In this document: positions 27,317 through 36,399 of the stretch, piece after piece | Position numbering within the stretch: position 1 is the first letter of the stretch | Layout: the number at the start of each line of letters is the position of its first letter | Notes under the pieces: generated by a model | Databases searched by the model: none | What the model was told of the DNA's origin: nothing | The model's input: only the letters and a program-made list of their open reading frames with translations | Assembly (NCBI GenBank): GCA_001780725.1 | Contig: MFIM01000005.1 | Location: 2,127-66,126 of the forward strand | Length of the DNA stretch: 64,000 bases | Source of the DNA: Candidatus Giovannonibacteria bacterium RIFCSPLOWO2_02_FULL_45_28 | GTDB lineage: Bacteria; Patescibacteriota; Minisyncoccia; UBA11713; 2-01-FULL-45-33 | Direction: 5' to 3' | Made by a program: the position numbers and the translations under genes

Positions 27317-27703
27317 ATGGAGAAAATCGTTTATAAAGGCAAATTGGTCGGGATAAAAATAACAAAACTCAAAAGGGGTTCTGTGCCGATAACCGCAGAC
27401 GAAGAGCCGCTGCAGCTGATCGGCCTCAAGCATCCTAAGGGGGCATATCTAAAAAAACATTACCACAGCTCAAAACGCCTTGTAACAAAGCAGGTGCAAG
27501 AATGTTTGTTTGTAAAAAAAGGAAAAATCAAACTGGATGTTTACGGCCCGGGACCCAAGTTTAAATATTTAAAATACATCTATCTGAATCCGGGCGATAT
27601 TTTTATCATTCTGAACGGAGGATACGGCATTAATATGCTGAAAGATTCCGAACTCATTGAGGCAAAAAACGGGCCGTATAAAAACGACAAGGCGCTGATT
27701 TGA
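27317..27703 (+). CDS. small cupin, FdtA/WxcM-like (NDP-sugar 3,4-ketoisomerase candidate)
   Basis: 128 aa of predicted beta-rich cupin with HxH...E spacing (KHYHSSK...). Immediately upstream of a DegT aminotransferase, an FdtA-FdtB-like arrangement. Confidence 0.4.
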   Translation: MEKIVYKGKLVGIKITKLKRGSVPITADEEPLQLIGLKHPKGAYLKKHYHSSKRLVTKQVQECLFVKKGKIKLDVYGPGPKFKYLKYIYLNPGDIFIILNGGYGINMLKDSELIEAKNGPYKNDKALI

Positions 27704-27714
27704 GTTACATAAGT

Positions 27715-28818
27715 ATGTTCGGAAAAAATATCCCCCAAATGGAACCGTGGTTTGACGAGGCAGAAGGCCAAGCGCTTTTGGATTTCATGAAAAATAACCG
27801 CTGGAATATCTCTTCCGTAAGCGAGTTTGAAAAACGCCTCGCCGATTTCACGGGCGCAAAATATGCCGCGATGTCCGTGAACGGCACAGTAACCCTGGCT
27901 CTGGCGCTTCTTGCGCTTGATATAAAACCCGGCGATGAAGTCTTGGCGCCGGCCCTTACCATGATCGCCACCCCCAACGCTTGCCGATTGATCGGAGTAA
28001 GGCCGATACTGGTTGATGTTGACCCGGAAACTCTTTGCATGGATTTGAAAAAGGCGGAAGAGGCGTTAACGCCGAAAACCAAAGCAATAATGTATGTGCC
28101 GTTAAACGGCCGCTCCGGCGATATGGACGCGGCCGTAAAATTCGCGAAAGACCGCAATCTTTTTTTGGTTGAAGATGCCGCGCAAGCGCTTGGATCGTAT
28201 TTTAAAGGAAATCGCTGGAGCAAAAAACATCTCGGCACCTTCGGGGATTTTGGCAGTTTTTCATTTGATTTTCACAAGCTAATCAGTACCGGCCAAGGCG
28301 GGGCGCTGGTCACGAATAACGAAGCGATTTATAACAAAATAAAACTGCTGAAAGATTTCGGGCGCGCTCCGGGGCAACAGGACATTCACGATTTTATTGG
28401 CTGGAATTTCAAACCATCAAATATATTGGCGCTAATCGGTGTAGAACAGTTTAAAAAAATCCCTTGGCGCATAAACCGCAAAAGAGAAATTTATAAATAT
28501 TACCACGATAATCTTTCGCAAATTCAAGACATTGAATTCGTAGAAACCGATCTAAATCTCACCACGCCTTGGTTTGTGGATATTTTCGTGGCTGAACCAA
28601 AAAAGTTAATGGATTTTTTGGAAAAGAAAGGCATAGGCACAAGGCTTTTTTATCCCGCAATCAACACGCAAAAAATTTATCGGGATGAGTATGTTGGAAA
28701 AGGTTTTCCTGTCGCCGAGCGTTACGGCTCCCGTGGCTTGTGGCTTCCGTCGTCATCAAAACTTACGGATGAGGAATTAAAATACACAGTTGAATTGGTA
28801 AAATCCTATTACGCTTGA
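27715..28818 (+). CDS. DegT/DnrJ/EryC1 aminotransferase (FdtB-like)
   Basis: FSFDFHKLISTGQGGALVTN PLP-lysine region. The ORF-track start at 27700 is a TTG codon; the first ATG is at 27715. Confidence 0.65.
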   Translation: MFGKNIPQMEPWFDEAEGQALLDFMKNNRWNISSVSEFEKRLADFTGAKYAAMSVNGTVTLALALLALDIKPGDEVLAPALTMIATPNACRLIGVRPILVDVDPETLCMDLKKAEEALTPKTKAIMYVPLNGRSGDMDAAVKFAKDRNLFLVEDAAQALGSYFKGNRWSKKHLGTFGDFGSFSFDFHKLISTGQGGALVTNNEAIYNKIKLLKDFGRAPGQQDIHDFIGWNFKPSNILALIGVEQFKKIPWRINRKREIYKYYHDNLSQIQDIEFVETDLNLTTPWFVDIFVAEPKKLMDFLEKKGIGTRLFYPAINTQKIYRDEYVGKGFPVAERYGSRGLWLPSSSKLTDEELKYTVELVKSYYA

Positions 28819-28886
28819 CAGCGCGCCGTGCGGTTTGCTAATCTATTTTTAGACCTTTAGACCAACTTCAGAAAAAAGGGGGTTAG

Positions 28887-29300
28887 ATGATTACGGGCGT
28901 ATTGAAATTGGTGAACGAGGATACAAGAAGAACCATCAACGAATTCAACTCAACCGAAGGAGATTTCTCGGTTCAACAACTGGACATAAAAGTCTCCGAA
29001 CTACCATTAGGAAGGCACGCCCACGCATTAAAAACAGAAACATGGGTTATTGAAAAAGGCGAAGGGTCTGCTCTTGTTGCGAAAGTTGACAAAAACGGCA
29101 AACTCGTTGAAAAACCGCGAAAGATTGACCTCCTGGACGGATCAATTTTACATCTTTCTCAATTTGAGGGACACACGCTTTATTTTATACCCGGCAGCCA
29201 AGCGATACACTTTTCTTCAAAACCATTTGACTACAAAAAACCTGACTTTGTGCCATGTCCGGAACTTGTCAAAGAAAACTTCCCCGAGTTATTTGAGTAA
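28887..29300 (+). CDS. small cupin-fold protein (WxcM/RmlC-like)
   Basis: 137 aa with LGRHAHALKTETWVIEKGEG; the GGGGU RBS sits 6 nt upstream of the ATG. Confidence 0.4.
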   Translation: MITGVLKLVNEDTRRTINEFNSTEGDFSVQQLDIKVSELPLGRHAHALKTETWVIEKGEGSALVAKVDKNGKLVEKPRKIDLLDGSILHLSQFEGHTLYFIPGSQAIHFSSKPFDYKKPDFVPCPELVKENFPELFE

Positions 29301-29310
29301 GATCGTTAAT

Positions 29311-29338
29311 TTAAAAAGCCCCCCTAGGGGCTTTTTTT
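29311..29338. terminator. bidirectional rho-independent terminator between convergent genes
   Basis: AAAAAGCCCCcctaGGGGCUUUUUUU: a 6-bp GC stem (29317..29322 / 29327..29332) with a 4-nt loop, flanked by an A-tract and a T-tract. It overlaps the stop of the minus-strand gene. Confidence 0.55.
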
Positions 29339-30362
29339 ATTTTTTCTCGGGATTCGCCAAATACCAATCGTAGGTGCGCTTTAAACCGTCTTCCAGAGAA
29401 ACTTCCGGCTTCCAACCTGTAAAAGCTTGGAGTTTTGATACATCCGCCAAGCGGCGTTTTACGCTCCCAGGCGGAGCGGTTTTAATATCCAGCGCTTTCG
29501 GCTTCCATCCGGTAACTTCAAATAATTTTTCCGCGAGTCCCTTCATTGTTATTTCGTGAAAATCTCCGATGTGGACAGTCTCAATAGGCTGGCCGTCGGT
29601 TTTTGGTGAATCCATCAGCATCTGCATCGCCCGCACGGCGTCGGAGACATAGCAGAAAGTCCTGGTCTCGTCCGCGCCGAAAATAGGAAACGGGTCAACT
29701 CTGGCCGCGATTCTTTCTGAAAAATCTGGTATGACATGGCCGTGGTATCCCGCGCGCGGACCGTAAAAATTATGAGGCCTCACTAAAAGTGCCCGGAAGT
29801 TGTATGCTTTGGCGTAATGGATCACAAATAATTCCCCTACCAGCTTGGTAGAAGCATACGACCAACGCGCGTTGTAAGGATCGTCAATAACAAATGGTAC
29901 TTTTTCCGGCGTGGGAATCGGGAGCTGCCCGAAAGCAAAGAGGGCGCTGGCATATGTCTCATTGGACGAAGTAAAACAAAACTTGCCGTTGGCGTTATTC
30001 TTGCGGAACCACTCTAGCATATAGATAAGCGAGAGCGCGTTGATGCGCAAAACCTCCTGTGGCATTTCGTAAAAAAGCTTTGTGCCATTTATTGCAGCGA
30101 GATGATAAACATTGTCGTATCCATTGCCAAGCTTTTCGTAAGAAGCGAGGTCGGTAAGGTCAAGATTCAGAAATGTTACCCGTTTATCTTCTAAAAGCTT
30201 TTTAAAATCATCGTCTATTCTCCCGCGCTGAAGGTTGTCAACCAAAACCAGCTCAACCCCATCTCCGTATTCTTTTAAGAGATGCTTGGCCAAATGATAA
30301 CCAATAAAACCGGCGCCACCAGTTATTAAAATCTTTTTCATTGCTTGAGAAGCCATATCCAA
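29337..30362 (-). CDS. NAD-dependent sugar epimerase/dehydratase (extended SDR)
   Basis: 341 aa with ILITGGAGFIGYHLAKHLL ... YASTK (YxxxK). Confidence 0.7.
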   Translation of the reverse strand: MDMASQAMKKILITGGAGFIGYHLAKHLLKEYGDGVELVLVDNLQRGRIDDDFKKLLEDKRVTFLNLDLTDLASYEKLGNGYDNVYHLAAINGTKLFYEMPQEVLRINALSLIYMLEWFRKNNANGKFCFTSSNETYASALFAFGQLPIPTPEKVPFVIDDPYNARWSYASTKLVGELFVIHYAKAYNFRALLVRPHNFYGPRAGYHGHVIPDFSERIAARVDPFPIFGADETRTFCYVSDAVRAMQMLMDSPKTDGQPIETVHIGDFHEITMKGLAEKLFEVTGWKPKALDIKTAPPGSVKRRLADVSKLQAFTGWKPEVSLEDGLKRTYDWYLANPEKK

Positions 30363-31969
30363 AGGCTTTTAGGGTCTTCTATCTCGTGCTTGATAAATTT
30401 AAAACCGGCGGTTTCGGCAAGCTGTTTCGCCTCCGCGGGAGTCAAAGAAACGCCGTATGCCCAGTGCCATTTGTAAAGGCCTCTTCCCGTGCGTAAATGC
30501 AATTTTGCAACGCCACTCGGCTTCATGGTACGATAAATTTCTTTAAATTTTTCAGCCAGAATTTCATGCGTTGGAATATGCTGGAGAGTCTGATAAGAAA
30601 AAACAAAATTAAAATGATTGTCCGGACAAGGCACAGTTTTACCGTCAGAAACTTTGAGGTTTATATTTTTTGTTTCCGCAAGCCTTTTTCTGGCACTCTC
30701 CACCATAACATCGGAGATATCTACAGCAGCGACTTTTGTAAAATGCCGCGGGAAAAACTCTGTCATTCTCCCAAGCCCGCAGCCAATCTCCAAAACGCTC
30801 GCGCCAGCGCCTTTCGCCAAAACCGGGGACAACAAAAGATCTTCGGATACGTATTTTTGGTAATCGGCAAGTCCGGTTTCTTTAAGCTCAAACTCATTTA
30901 CATCCCGCCCGCTCGGTGTTTTTGTGTTCGCGTAGTACCGCGCGTTTTTACGCGCGAGCCCATTCCAAATTTCGCGCACCTCTTCCAAAGATCTGTCGGG
31001 AATGATTTTTGATACGGCGCGCGTCAAAAACCTGAACCTTTTGCGCGCGGCCTGAACCGAGGATAGAGAGTTTAATTTATTCCATAAAAAAGCCCCCGTT
31101 CGCATTCCGCCGAGCGCCTGCCGCTCTTCCTCCCAAGATGAAAACCATTCCGGCAAAGAGCCATAAGCCGGAGCTTTTGTTTTGTGAAAGTCGTTGCTCG
31201 CGTAAACAGCCCGCAAAATCCCAGCGTTGCAGCCGTCGACCGCATGCGCGGTGTAAAACGCAAGTAAATCCTTCGGCAAACAATGCCCGCCAAATGCTTT
31301 GCCGTACTTCAAATAATTTTTTTTCTCAAAAACAAAATTTAAAATTTCTTCGTTGTTCACCAAATCCCCCAATTCGTTTATAAATGCGATCCTTGCCGCG
31401 TTCCAAATATTGGAAAGGTATTTAATGTACGATGCTTCTTCCGGGGTGCCAGTAAAAATTTTTCTCGCGCGAAGACGCCACACATCAATAAAACCGGGCT
31501 CCCGCAATGCCGGGTTTTTCTTTCCCAAAACAAAATAAAACGGATTTAAACATTCTTCAACGGCGTGGATCTCATGCAAAAATTCCGGCACGTAAAAATC
31601 AAACCTTAGCGCGCCCAAACGCTGCGGCACAACGGTTGATCGCAAAATCACTTTGCCTTTTGCGGTTTTTAAGGATTCAAGCGCTTTTTTGATAAGAGAA
31701 ATATCCTGCGATCCGTCGGCGCCGACCCGATCGCCCACGGCAACGATATACCAAGTTTCCGGCCCGTCACATTCCAAAATATCGCCGAGCGGTTTTATTT
31801 TCTGATAAATTTCAGAATATTTATCGGCGTACCTCAAAACCGGCGGCGCGATGTCATAATAAAAAACCGCGTACCCTATATGGGTAAGCGCCAAGGCGTT
31901 TGCCTGGCCAACCCAGCCGTAACCGACTACAACAATTTTTTCTTTATCCGCAACCGCCGCCAAAGCCAT
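30338..31969 (-). CDS. fusion: nucleotide-sugar 6-dehydrogenase N-terminal+central domains (catalytic GGHCLPKD) + C-terminal class I SAM methyltransferase
   Basis: 543 aa. IVVVGYGWVGQANALAL (NAD-binding), KYLSNIWNAARIAFINE (central domain) and FGGHCLPKD (catalytic Cys motif) are followed, in place of the usual UDP-binding C-domain, by VLEIGCGLGRMTEFF...VAAVDIS (methyltransferase motifs I and post-I). Confidence 0.55.
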   Translation of the reverse strand: MALAAVADKEKIVVVGYGWVGQANALALTHIGYAVFYYDIAPPVLRYADKYSEIYQKIKPLGDILECDGPETWYIVAVGDRVGADGSQDISLIKKALESLKTAKGKVILRSTVVPQRLGALRFDFYVPEFLHEIHAVEECLNPFYFVLGKKNPALREPGFIDVWRLRARKIFTGTPEEASYIKYLSNIWNAARIAFINELGDLVNNEEILNFVFEKKNYLKYGKAFGGHCLPKDLLAFYTAHAVDGCNAGILRAVYASNDFHKTKAPAYGSLPEWFSSWEEERQALGGMRTGAFLWNKLNSLSSVQAARKRFRFLTRAVSKIIPDRSLEEVREIWNGLARKNARYYANTKTPSGRDVNEFELKETGLADYQKYVSEDLLLSPVLAKGAGASVLEIGCGLGRMTEFFPRHFTKVAAVDISDVMVESARKRLAETKNINLKVSDGKTVPCPDNHFNFVFSYQTLQHIPTHEILAEKFKEIYRTMKPSGVAKLHLRTGRGLYKWHWAYGVSLTPAEAKQLAETAGFKFIKHEIEDPKSLWIWLLKQ

Positions 31970-31990
31970 ATACTTTTAAACTCCGGTACA

Positions 31991-32785
31991 TCAATGGCGG
32001 TTGCAATAGATATTCGTAAAATAAGACGGCGCGAGCTTCTGCATCTCCGATTCGGTTGGATTAAACGGCAAAATCTCGCCGCCGCGATCCGCGGAAATTT
32101 CAAAACCGAGCGCGCGCAAATTATTTAAATAGTTTAACGGTTCAACTCCCGCTTTTCTTAACCAAGCCGGCGCAAATTCGCTGACCAAAATAATGTTGCC
32201 GCTTTTCAATATAACATTTTTCATGCCCGCAAGCGCCGCCGGCTCACCACCCTCAATATCCATCTTAATAAAATCCACGCGCTGGATTTTTGCATCAACA
32301 AAAAACGAATCCAAATCCACCGCTTCTACTGTAACCTTTTTTTGGTCCAGCACAACACCGGCTATGGTGCTATGATTGCCGCTTCTTCCGCCGCTCAAAT
32401 AAAAATCAACGGAGCCGCGGCGATCCGAAACCGCCAACTGATATGTTTTAACGTTTTTTAAGTGCTCGGTATTGCTTTTCAGCATTTTAAAATTTGCTTC
32501 GTCCGGCTCAAACGCGTACACCGCCCCCGCGCGGCCGACCAATTTTGATAAAACTCTTGCAAAATAACCGATGTGCGCTCCGATATCAACAACGGTCATT
32601 CCGGGTTTTACATTTTTTTTAAAAAAATCTACTGTTTCCGGCTCATAACGCCAAAGGAGCATCTGCCATTTCCATCGCCAATTATAATATGCAGGGAAAG
32701 AAAAACGCGCTAATTTCATCATCGTGTCTGTCAAAAAATTTATAGCGGGCTTCAAAATTGTTTTAAACCGTTTTGTCATGCACAT
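31991..32785 (-). CDS. FkbM-family methyltransferase
   Basis: 264 aa with MTVVDIGAHIGYFARVL, typical of FkbM methyltransferases. Confidence 0.6.
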   Translation of the reverse strand: MCMTKRFKTILKPAINFLTDTMMKLARFSFPAYYNWRWKWQMLLWRYEPETVDFFKKNVKPGMTVVDIGAHIGYFARVLSKLVGRAGAVYAFEPDEANFKMLKSNTEHLKNVKTYQLAVSDRRGSVDFYLSGGRSGNHSTIAGVVLDQKKVTVEAVDLDSFFVDAKIQRVDFIKMDIEGGEPAALAGMKNVILKSGNIILVSEFAPAWLRKAGVEPLNYLNNLRALGFEISADRGGEILPFNPTESEMQKLAPSYFTNIYCNRH

Positions 32786-33623
32786 CTATCTTCTCTCCAA
32801 TAAAATATATTGCCGATGCGATTGAGCTTGCCAATTTCAGCCTCCCAAGCACCCAATCCAGCAAATTGATAGGGATGGACACTGCCATAAAAAAAAGCGC
32901 CCAAAACTGATAAAGGCTTTTTATATTAAATGAAAAAAGCGTGGCCAGCCACTCTCCTAAAATCGCCGTCACTGCAGAAGTCGGCCCAACCAAAACGCCG
33001 GCCTCCTTCTCTTTGAAACCGGAAAGAAGCTCTCGCAATCCTGAAGTTGTCCAACGATAATAATCGTCCGGCGAAGAGTGAAATCCGAAAATAAACGGCG
33101 TTACGATGTAAACCAGCCCTCCGGGTTTTAAAACGCGCCTAAAACCGGCTATTATTTTTTCCGGCCAAACAACATGCTCCAGCAAAGACTCGGCGATAAC
33201 AGCGTCCACAGATCCGTCCTTGAAAGGCAAATTATAGGCGTCTGCCACAACGGAAACGCCGGGGAAAGGATAATAATCAACATTAATTACATTTTGGCCG
33301 ATGAATTGAACACCGGAACCTACGTTTAAAACCAATGCGTCAGAGTGTAAATCGCGAATAAACTCTTTGGCGGTTTTGCCGATAATCGGCGCCCTCAAAG
33401 CCAGTAAAAATAAAAATAGTTTGGGGTGTTTTTTTAAACACCCCTTAACCTTGAAAATTAAAGAGTCTTTATTTCCCAAATTCCGAAAACTATTCTCTCT
33501 ATCCTTGATAAAAAATATGGCGCCGTTTTTTATTTCATGCGTTATTCCGCATTTTTTGCATACAACAAAAGATGGCCGATTCTCCAAATCTCCTTTGCAA
33601 CCCGGACAAAAGAGCGATTCCAT
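32763..33623 (-). CDS. class I SAM methyltransferase (Methyltransf_11) with N-terminal Zn-ribbon
   Basis: CPGCKGDL...CKKCG ribbon, then VLNVGSG motif I. The start at MESLFCPGC was chosen to avoid a 73-nt overlap with the upstream gene. Confidence 0.55.
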   Translation of the reverse strand: MESLFCPGCKGDLENRPSFVVCKKCGITHEIKNGAIFFIKDRENSFRNLGNKDSLIFKVKGCLKKHPKLFLFLLALRAPIIGKTAKEFIRDLHSDALVLNVGSGVQFIGQNVINVDYYPFPGVSVVADAYNLPFKDGSVDAVIAESLLEHVVWPEKIIAGFRRVLKPGGLVYIVTPFIFGFHSSPDDYYRWTTSGLRELLSGFKEKEAGVLVGPTSAVTAILGEWLATLFSFNIKSLYQFWALFFMAVSIPINLLDWVLGRLKLASSIASAIYFIGEKIDVHDKTV

Positions 33624-33634
33624 AAAATTGCGCA

Positions 33635-35389
33635 TTAAATTTGATATAAGAAAATTCCGTTGTAAGAAACAATCTCTTTTAAATTCTTTATAAAAGACAA
33701 ATCCCACTCCGGATTTTTATTTTTGTCCCAAATAATGTAATTTACTCCGCGCTGATTAAGAATATTTATTACGCCGCTACCGGTCATTTTTTTATATTCT
33801 TGATAAAGTTCATTTGTGATTTTTATTCTTTTTTGGCCAAGCTCCGCATCGTCCGCGGCAAGCCGCAGCCTGTAATCGGTGTATTCAAACCCGGACAAAT
33901 ATCCTTCCAGATATCGGTGTAAGGATTTATAATAAGATTCATCGTTTTTATTTTGCGCAAGCTCGTTGGTATATTCAACAAAATCATATCGCGCTTTTTT
34001 ATTTAAGTAGAAGTAAACCAACGCCGCCTCCGTTAGTCTCTCTGCTGGCATATTAAAACTCAATGCGGTGGTGTGCCAAAATAAATCACCGCTGGTATAG
34101 ATTGTCACCAGATAACCGACATCGTCATCCGGCGCCAAAACAACGCCGTAGGGATTATTTTTTAAATAATCAAGAATTGGCTTATAATTTTGTTCGTTTA
34201 GTTTTGATTTAAACTCAATCTGCGCGGCTCCGTATTGGCCCAAGCCAGTGTTGATAAAAACCAAACCCATGCAGGCGTAGAGCAGCGCATTTTTATATTT
34301 CCATGGCGGCACCAGAAACCAAAACATATATAAACCGATAATGATTGAGAGAGGAACTATAAAATACCAGTAATAGTGCGCGGGGTACACTATTTTACTG
34401 GTGAGAATCTGCTGATTTAACGAAATCCACCCGCCCAAGATTGTGGCCAAAATAAAAGACAGGTTAGGATTATCCCGGCGCTTTAATGCGAAAATCAAAA
34501 ACAAAATCAGCGCCGCAAAACCGATTTTGCTAAAAATTGGCGTCCGCGCATGAACAAAATACAAAAAATACGCAGTTTGCCTGCCCATATCCGAGTTGTA
34601 GTAAAAACTGATCAATTTTGACAAATTATACGCACCTACGGCCAAACCTATACCGAGCACGGCAGATATTTTTTTAAGCCGGACAAAATCGGACCTTAGC
34701 AAATATATTGCGAATAAACCGGCGCTTAAAGCCAGCGCAAAAGACCATGCGTACAAGTAAACATAAAACAAAGAACCCAAAGCTGCGCCGGCAAAAATAA
34801 TATACTTTAATTTATCCGACTTTAAACTTTTATATAGCAAATTCAAAAATATAAAAAAGGCTATTGAACTAAGGTAAGGAAACACCGCTCTCGTATATGC
34901 ATTAACCTCCGGATAGCCTATGGTTTTGTAATACACCATCGTATAGCCGCCGACCGCGAACAGCGCGGCGGTCACAGATAGTAATTTATCGGCTGACAGC
35001 TGCAAAACGAAAATATAAATCAAAACAATCAATAAAAACATGCCGACAAAATTATATGCATTATATAATGTCACAACGTTGATATTTGAAAACCCCAACA
35101 AGCGCACCGGCGCCAAAACGATGTACTCAATGTAAGAAAAATGCGGCTCTTGCCCGTCTTTTCCTTCCCGTAAAACTATATTGCCAAGCCCATGCCCTTC
35201 CAAAATTTCTTTTCCGCGTGTAAGATAATAATGCTGATCCGTGCCAATCTGTGTGATATTAATGCCCTTATAAGCATTGCTGGCTAAAAACGGAAACGAC
35301 AATGACGGCAAAAAGATTAGCAAAGTAAGCGCGAATCCCGCAATAAAAATTAATTTATGCTCAACAAGAAAAAAATAACTCTGTTTCAT
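33635..35389 (-). CDS. polytopic membrane protein (>=12 predicted TM helices) with C-terminal soluble domain; GT-C-like architecture
   Basis: 584 aa, strongly hydrophobic in the N-terminal 400 aa. Clear paralog of 36387..38174 (YLTRGKEILEGHGLGNIVLREGKDGQEPHFSYIEYIVL vs YLTRGHEILEGHSLGNAVLREGKEGQEMQFSYIEYILL; C-terminal NYIIWDKNKNPEWDLSFIKNLKEIV vs NHVVWDENQNPEWDLSALRDLKEVI). Confidence 0.4.
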   Translation of the reverse strand: MKQSYFFLVEHKLIFIAGFALTLLIFLPSLSFPFLASNAYKGINITQIGTDQHYYLTRGKEILEGHGLGNIVLREGKDGQEPHFSYIEYIVLAPVRLLGFSNINVVTLYNAYNFVGMFLLIVLIYIFVLQLSADKLLSVTAALFAVGGYTMVYYKTIGYPEVNAYTRAVFPYLSSIAFFIFLNLLYKSLKSDKLKYIIFAGAALGSLFYVYLYAWSFALALSAGLFAIYLLRSDFVRLKKISAVLGIGLAVGAYNLSKLISFYYNSDMGRQTAYFLYFVHARTPIFSKIGFAALILFLIFALKRRDNPNLSFILATILGGWISLNQQILTSKIVYPAHYYWYFIVPLSIIIGLYMFWFLVPPWKYKNALLYACMGLVFINTGLGQYGAAQIEFKSKLNEQNYKPILDYLKNNPYGVVLAPDDDVGYLVTIYTSGDLFWHTTALSFNMPAERLTEAALVYFYLNKKARYDFVEYTNELAQNKNDESYYKSLHRYLEGYLSGFEYTDYRLRLAADDAELGQKRIKITNELYQEYKKMTGSGVINILNQRGVNYIIWDKNKNPEWDLSFIKNLKEIVSYNGIFLYQI

Positions 35390-35397
35390 ACAATCTT

Positions 35398-36399
35398 ATG
35401 ATAACACGGTCCGAAACGTTAAGCTATCTTTTGGACGAAGCAAAAAAAATGCCGGGAATATACCGGCCTTCTCCGTTCTGGGACAGCATCAACGAAATTC
35501 ACCGCAAGCAGATTGCCGACATTGGGATTGAGAATTTTAAACGCTCCGTCAATTTCAAATACTTTAACTGGCGCACGCTGGGAATTATGCGGCATCAAAC
35601 AGCCCCGATATTAAAACAGCTGTTTAAGGGAAATTTTAATCCCCTGTTAAAAAGCGAATTCGTAAACCCCAAGCTGGCCGGAATAAAAAATATATACAGA
35701 GTATACGTAGCCTCGCTGTTTGAACTCGTAAAAAAAGACGATCATTTAAAACTATTTGAGAAAATAGAGGAACCGGCCTTGGGAAATCCGCTTCTTATCA
35801 GATACGGCAACGGCCTTCGCACCCAAGATTTGTGTAATTCAATCCATGAATTTTATAGCGTATTTGATTACGCCGACTTCGGCAAAAAGATTAATGCCGC
35901 CGAGATCGGAGCCGGCTATGGGAGAACGGCGTATGTTTTCTTAAAAGCAATGCCGGAGTCGTCATATTGCATAATTGACATTCCGCCAGCGCTCTATGTT
36001 TCGCAACAATATCTTTCAAAAGTTTTTGCCGGAGAAAAAATATTCACGTACAGGCCGTTTGACTCTTTTGAGACAATAGAAAAAGAATTCATGGCCGCGC
36101 GCATCAAATTCTTAATGCCCAACCAAATAGAACTTCTGCCTGCGAGGATTTTTGATCTTATAATTACCGTGAGTTCGCTTCATGAGATGACGCGCGAACA
36201 AATATCAAATTTTATAAAACAAATTGGCAGATTATCCTGCGGATATTTTTATACCAAACAATGGCGAAAATCGCGCGTAAAAGACAATAACTACATTCTC
36301 GAAAGCGAATACCCCATACCGGAAACGTGGAATGAGGTATATAAGCGCAATCGGCACCCAATACAAAAAATGTTCTTTGATGCGCTTTACAGCCTGTAA
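35398..36399 (+). CDS. class I SAM-dependent methyltransferase (putative sugar O-methyltransferase family)
   Basis: 333 aa with AEIGAGYGRTAYVF as motif I. Only 8 bp separate its ATG from the divergent start of 33635..35389. Confidence 0.5.
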   Translation: MITRSETLSYLLDEAKKMPGIYRPSPFWDSINEIHRKQIADIGIENFKRSVNFKYFNWRTLGIMRHQTAPILKQLFKGNFNPLLKSEFVNPKLAGIKNIYRVYVASLFELVKKDDHLKLFEKIEEPALGNPLLIRYGNGLRTQDLCNSIHEFYSVFDYADFGKKINAAEIGAGYGRTAYVFLKAMPESSYCIIDIPPALYVSQQYLSKVFAGEKIFTYRPFDSFETIEKEFMAARIKFLMPNQIELLPARIFDLIITVSSLHEMTREQISNFIKQIGRLSCGYFYTKQWRKSRVKDNNYILESEYPIPETWNEVYKRNRHPIQKMFFDALYSL

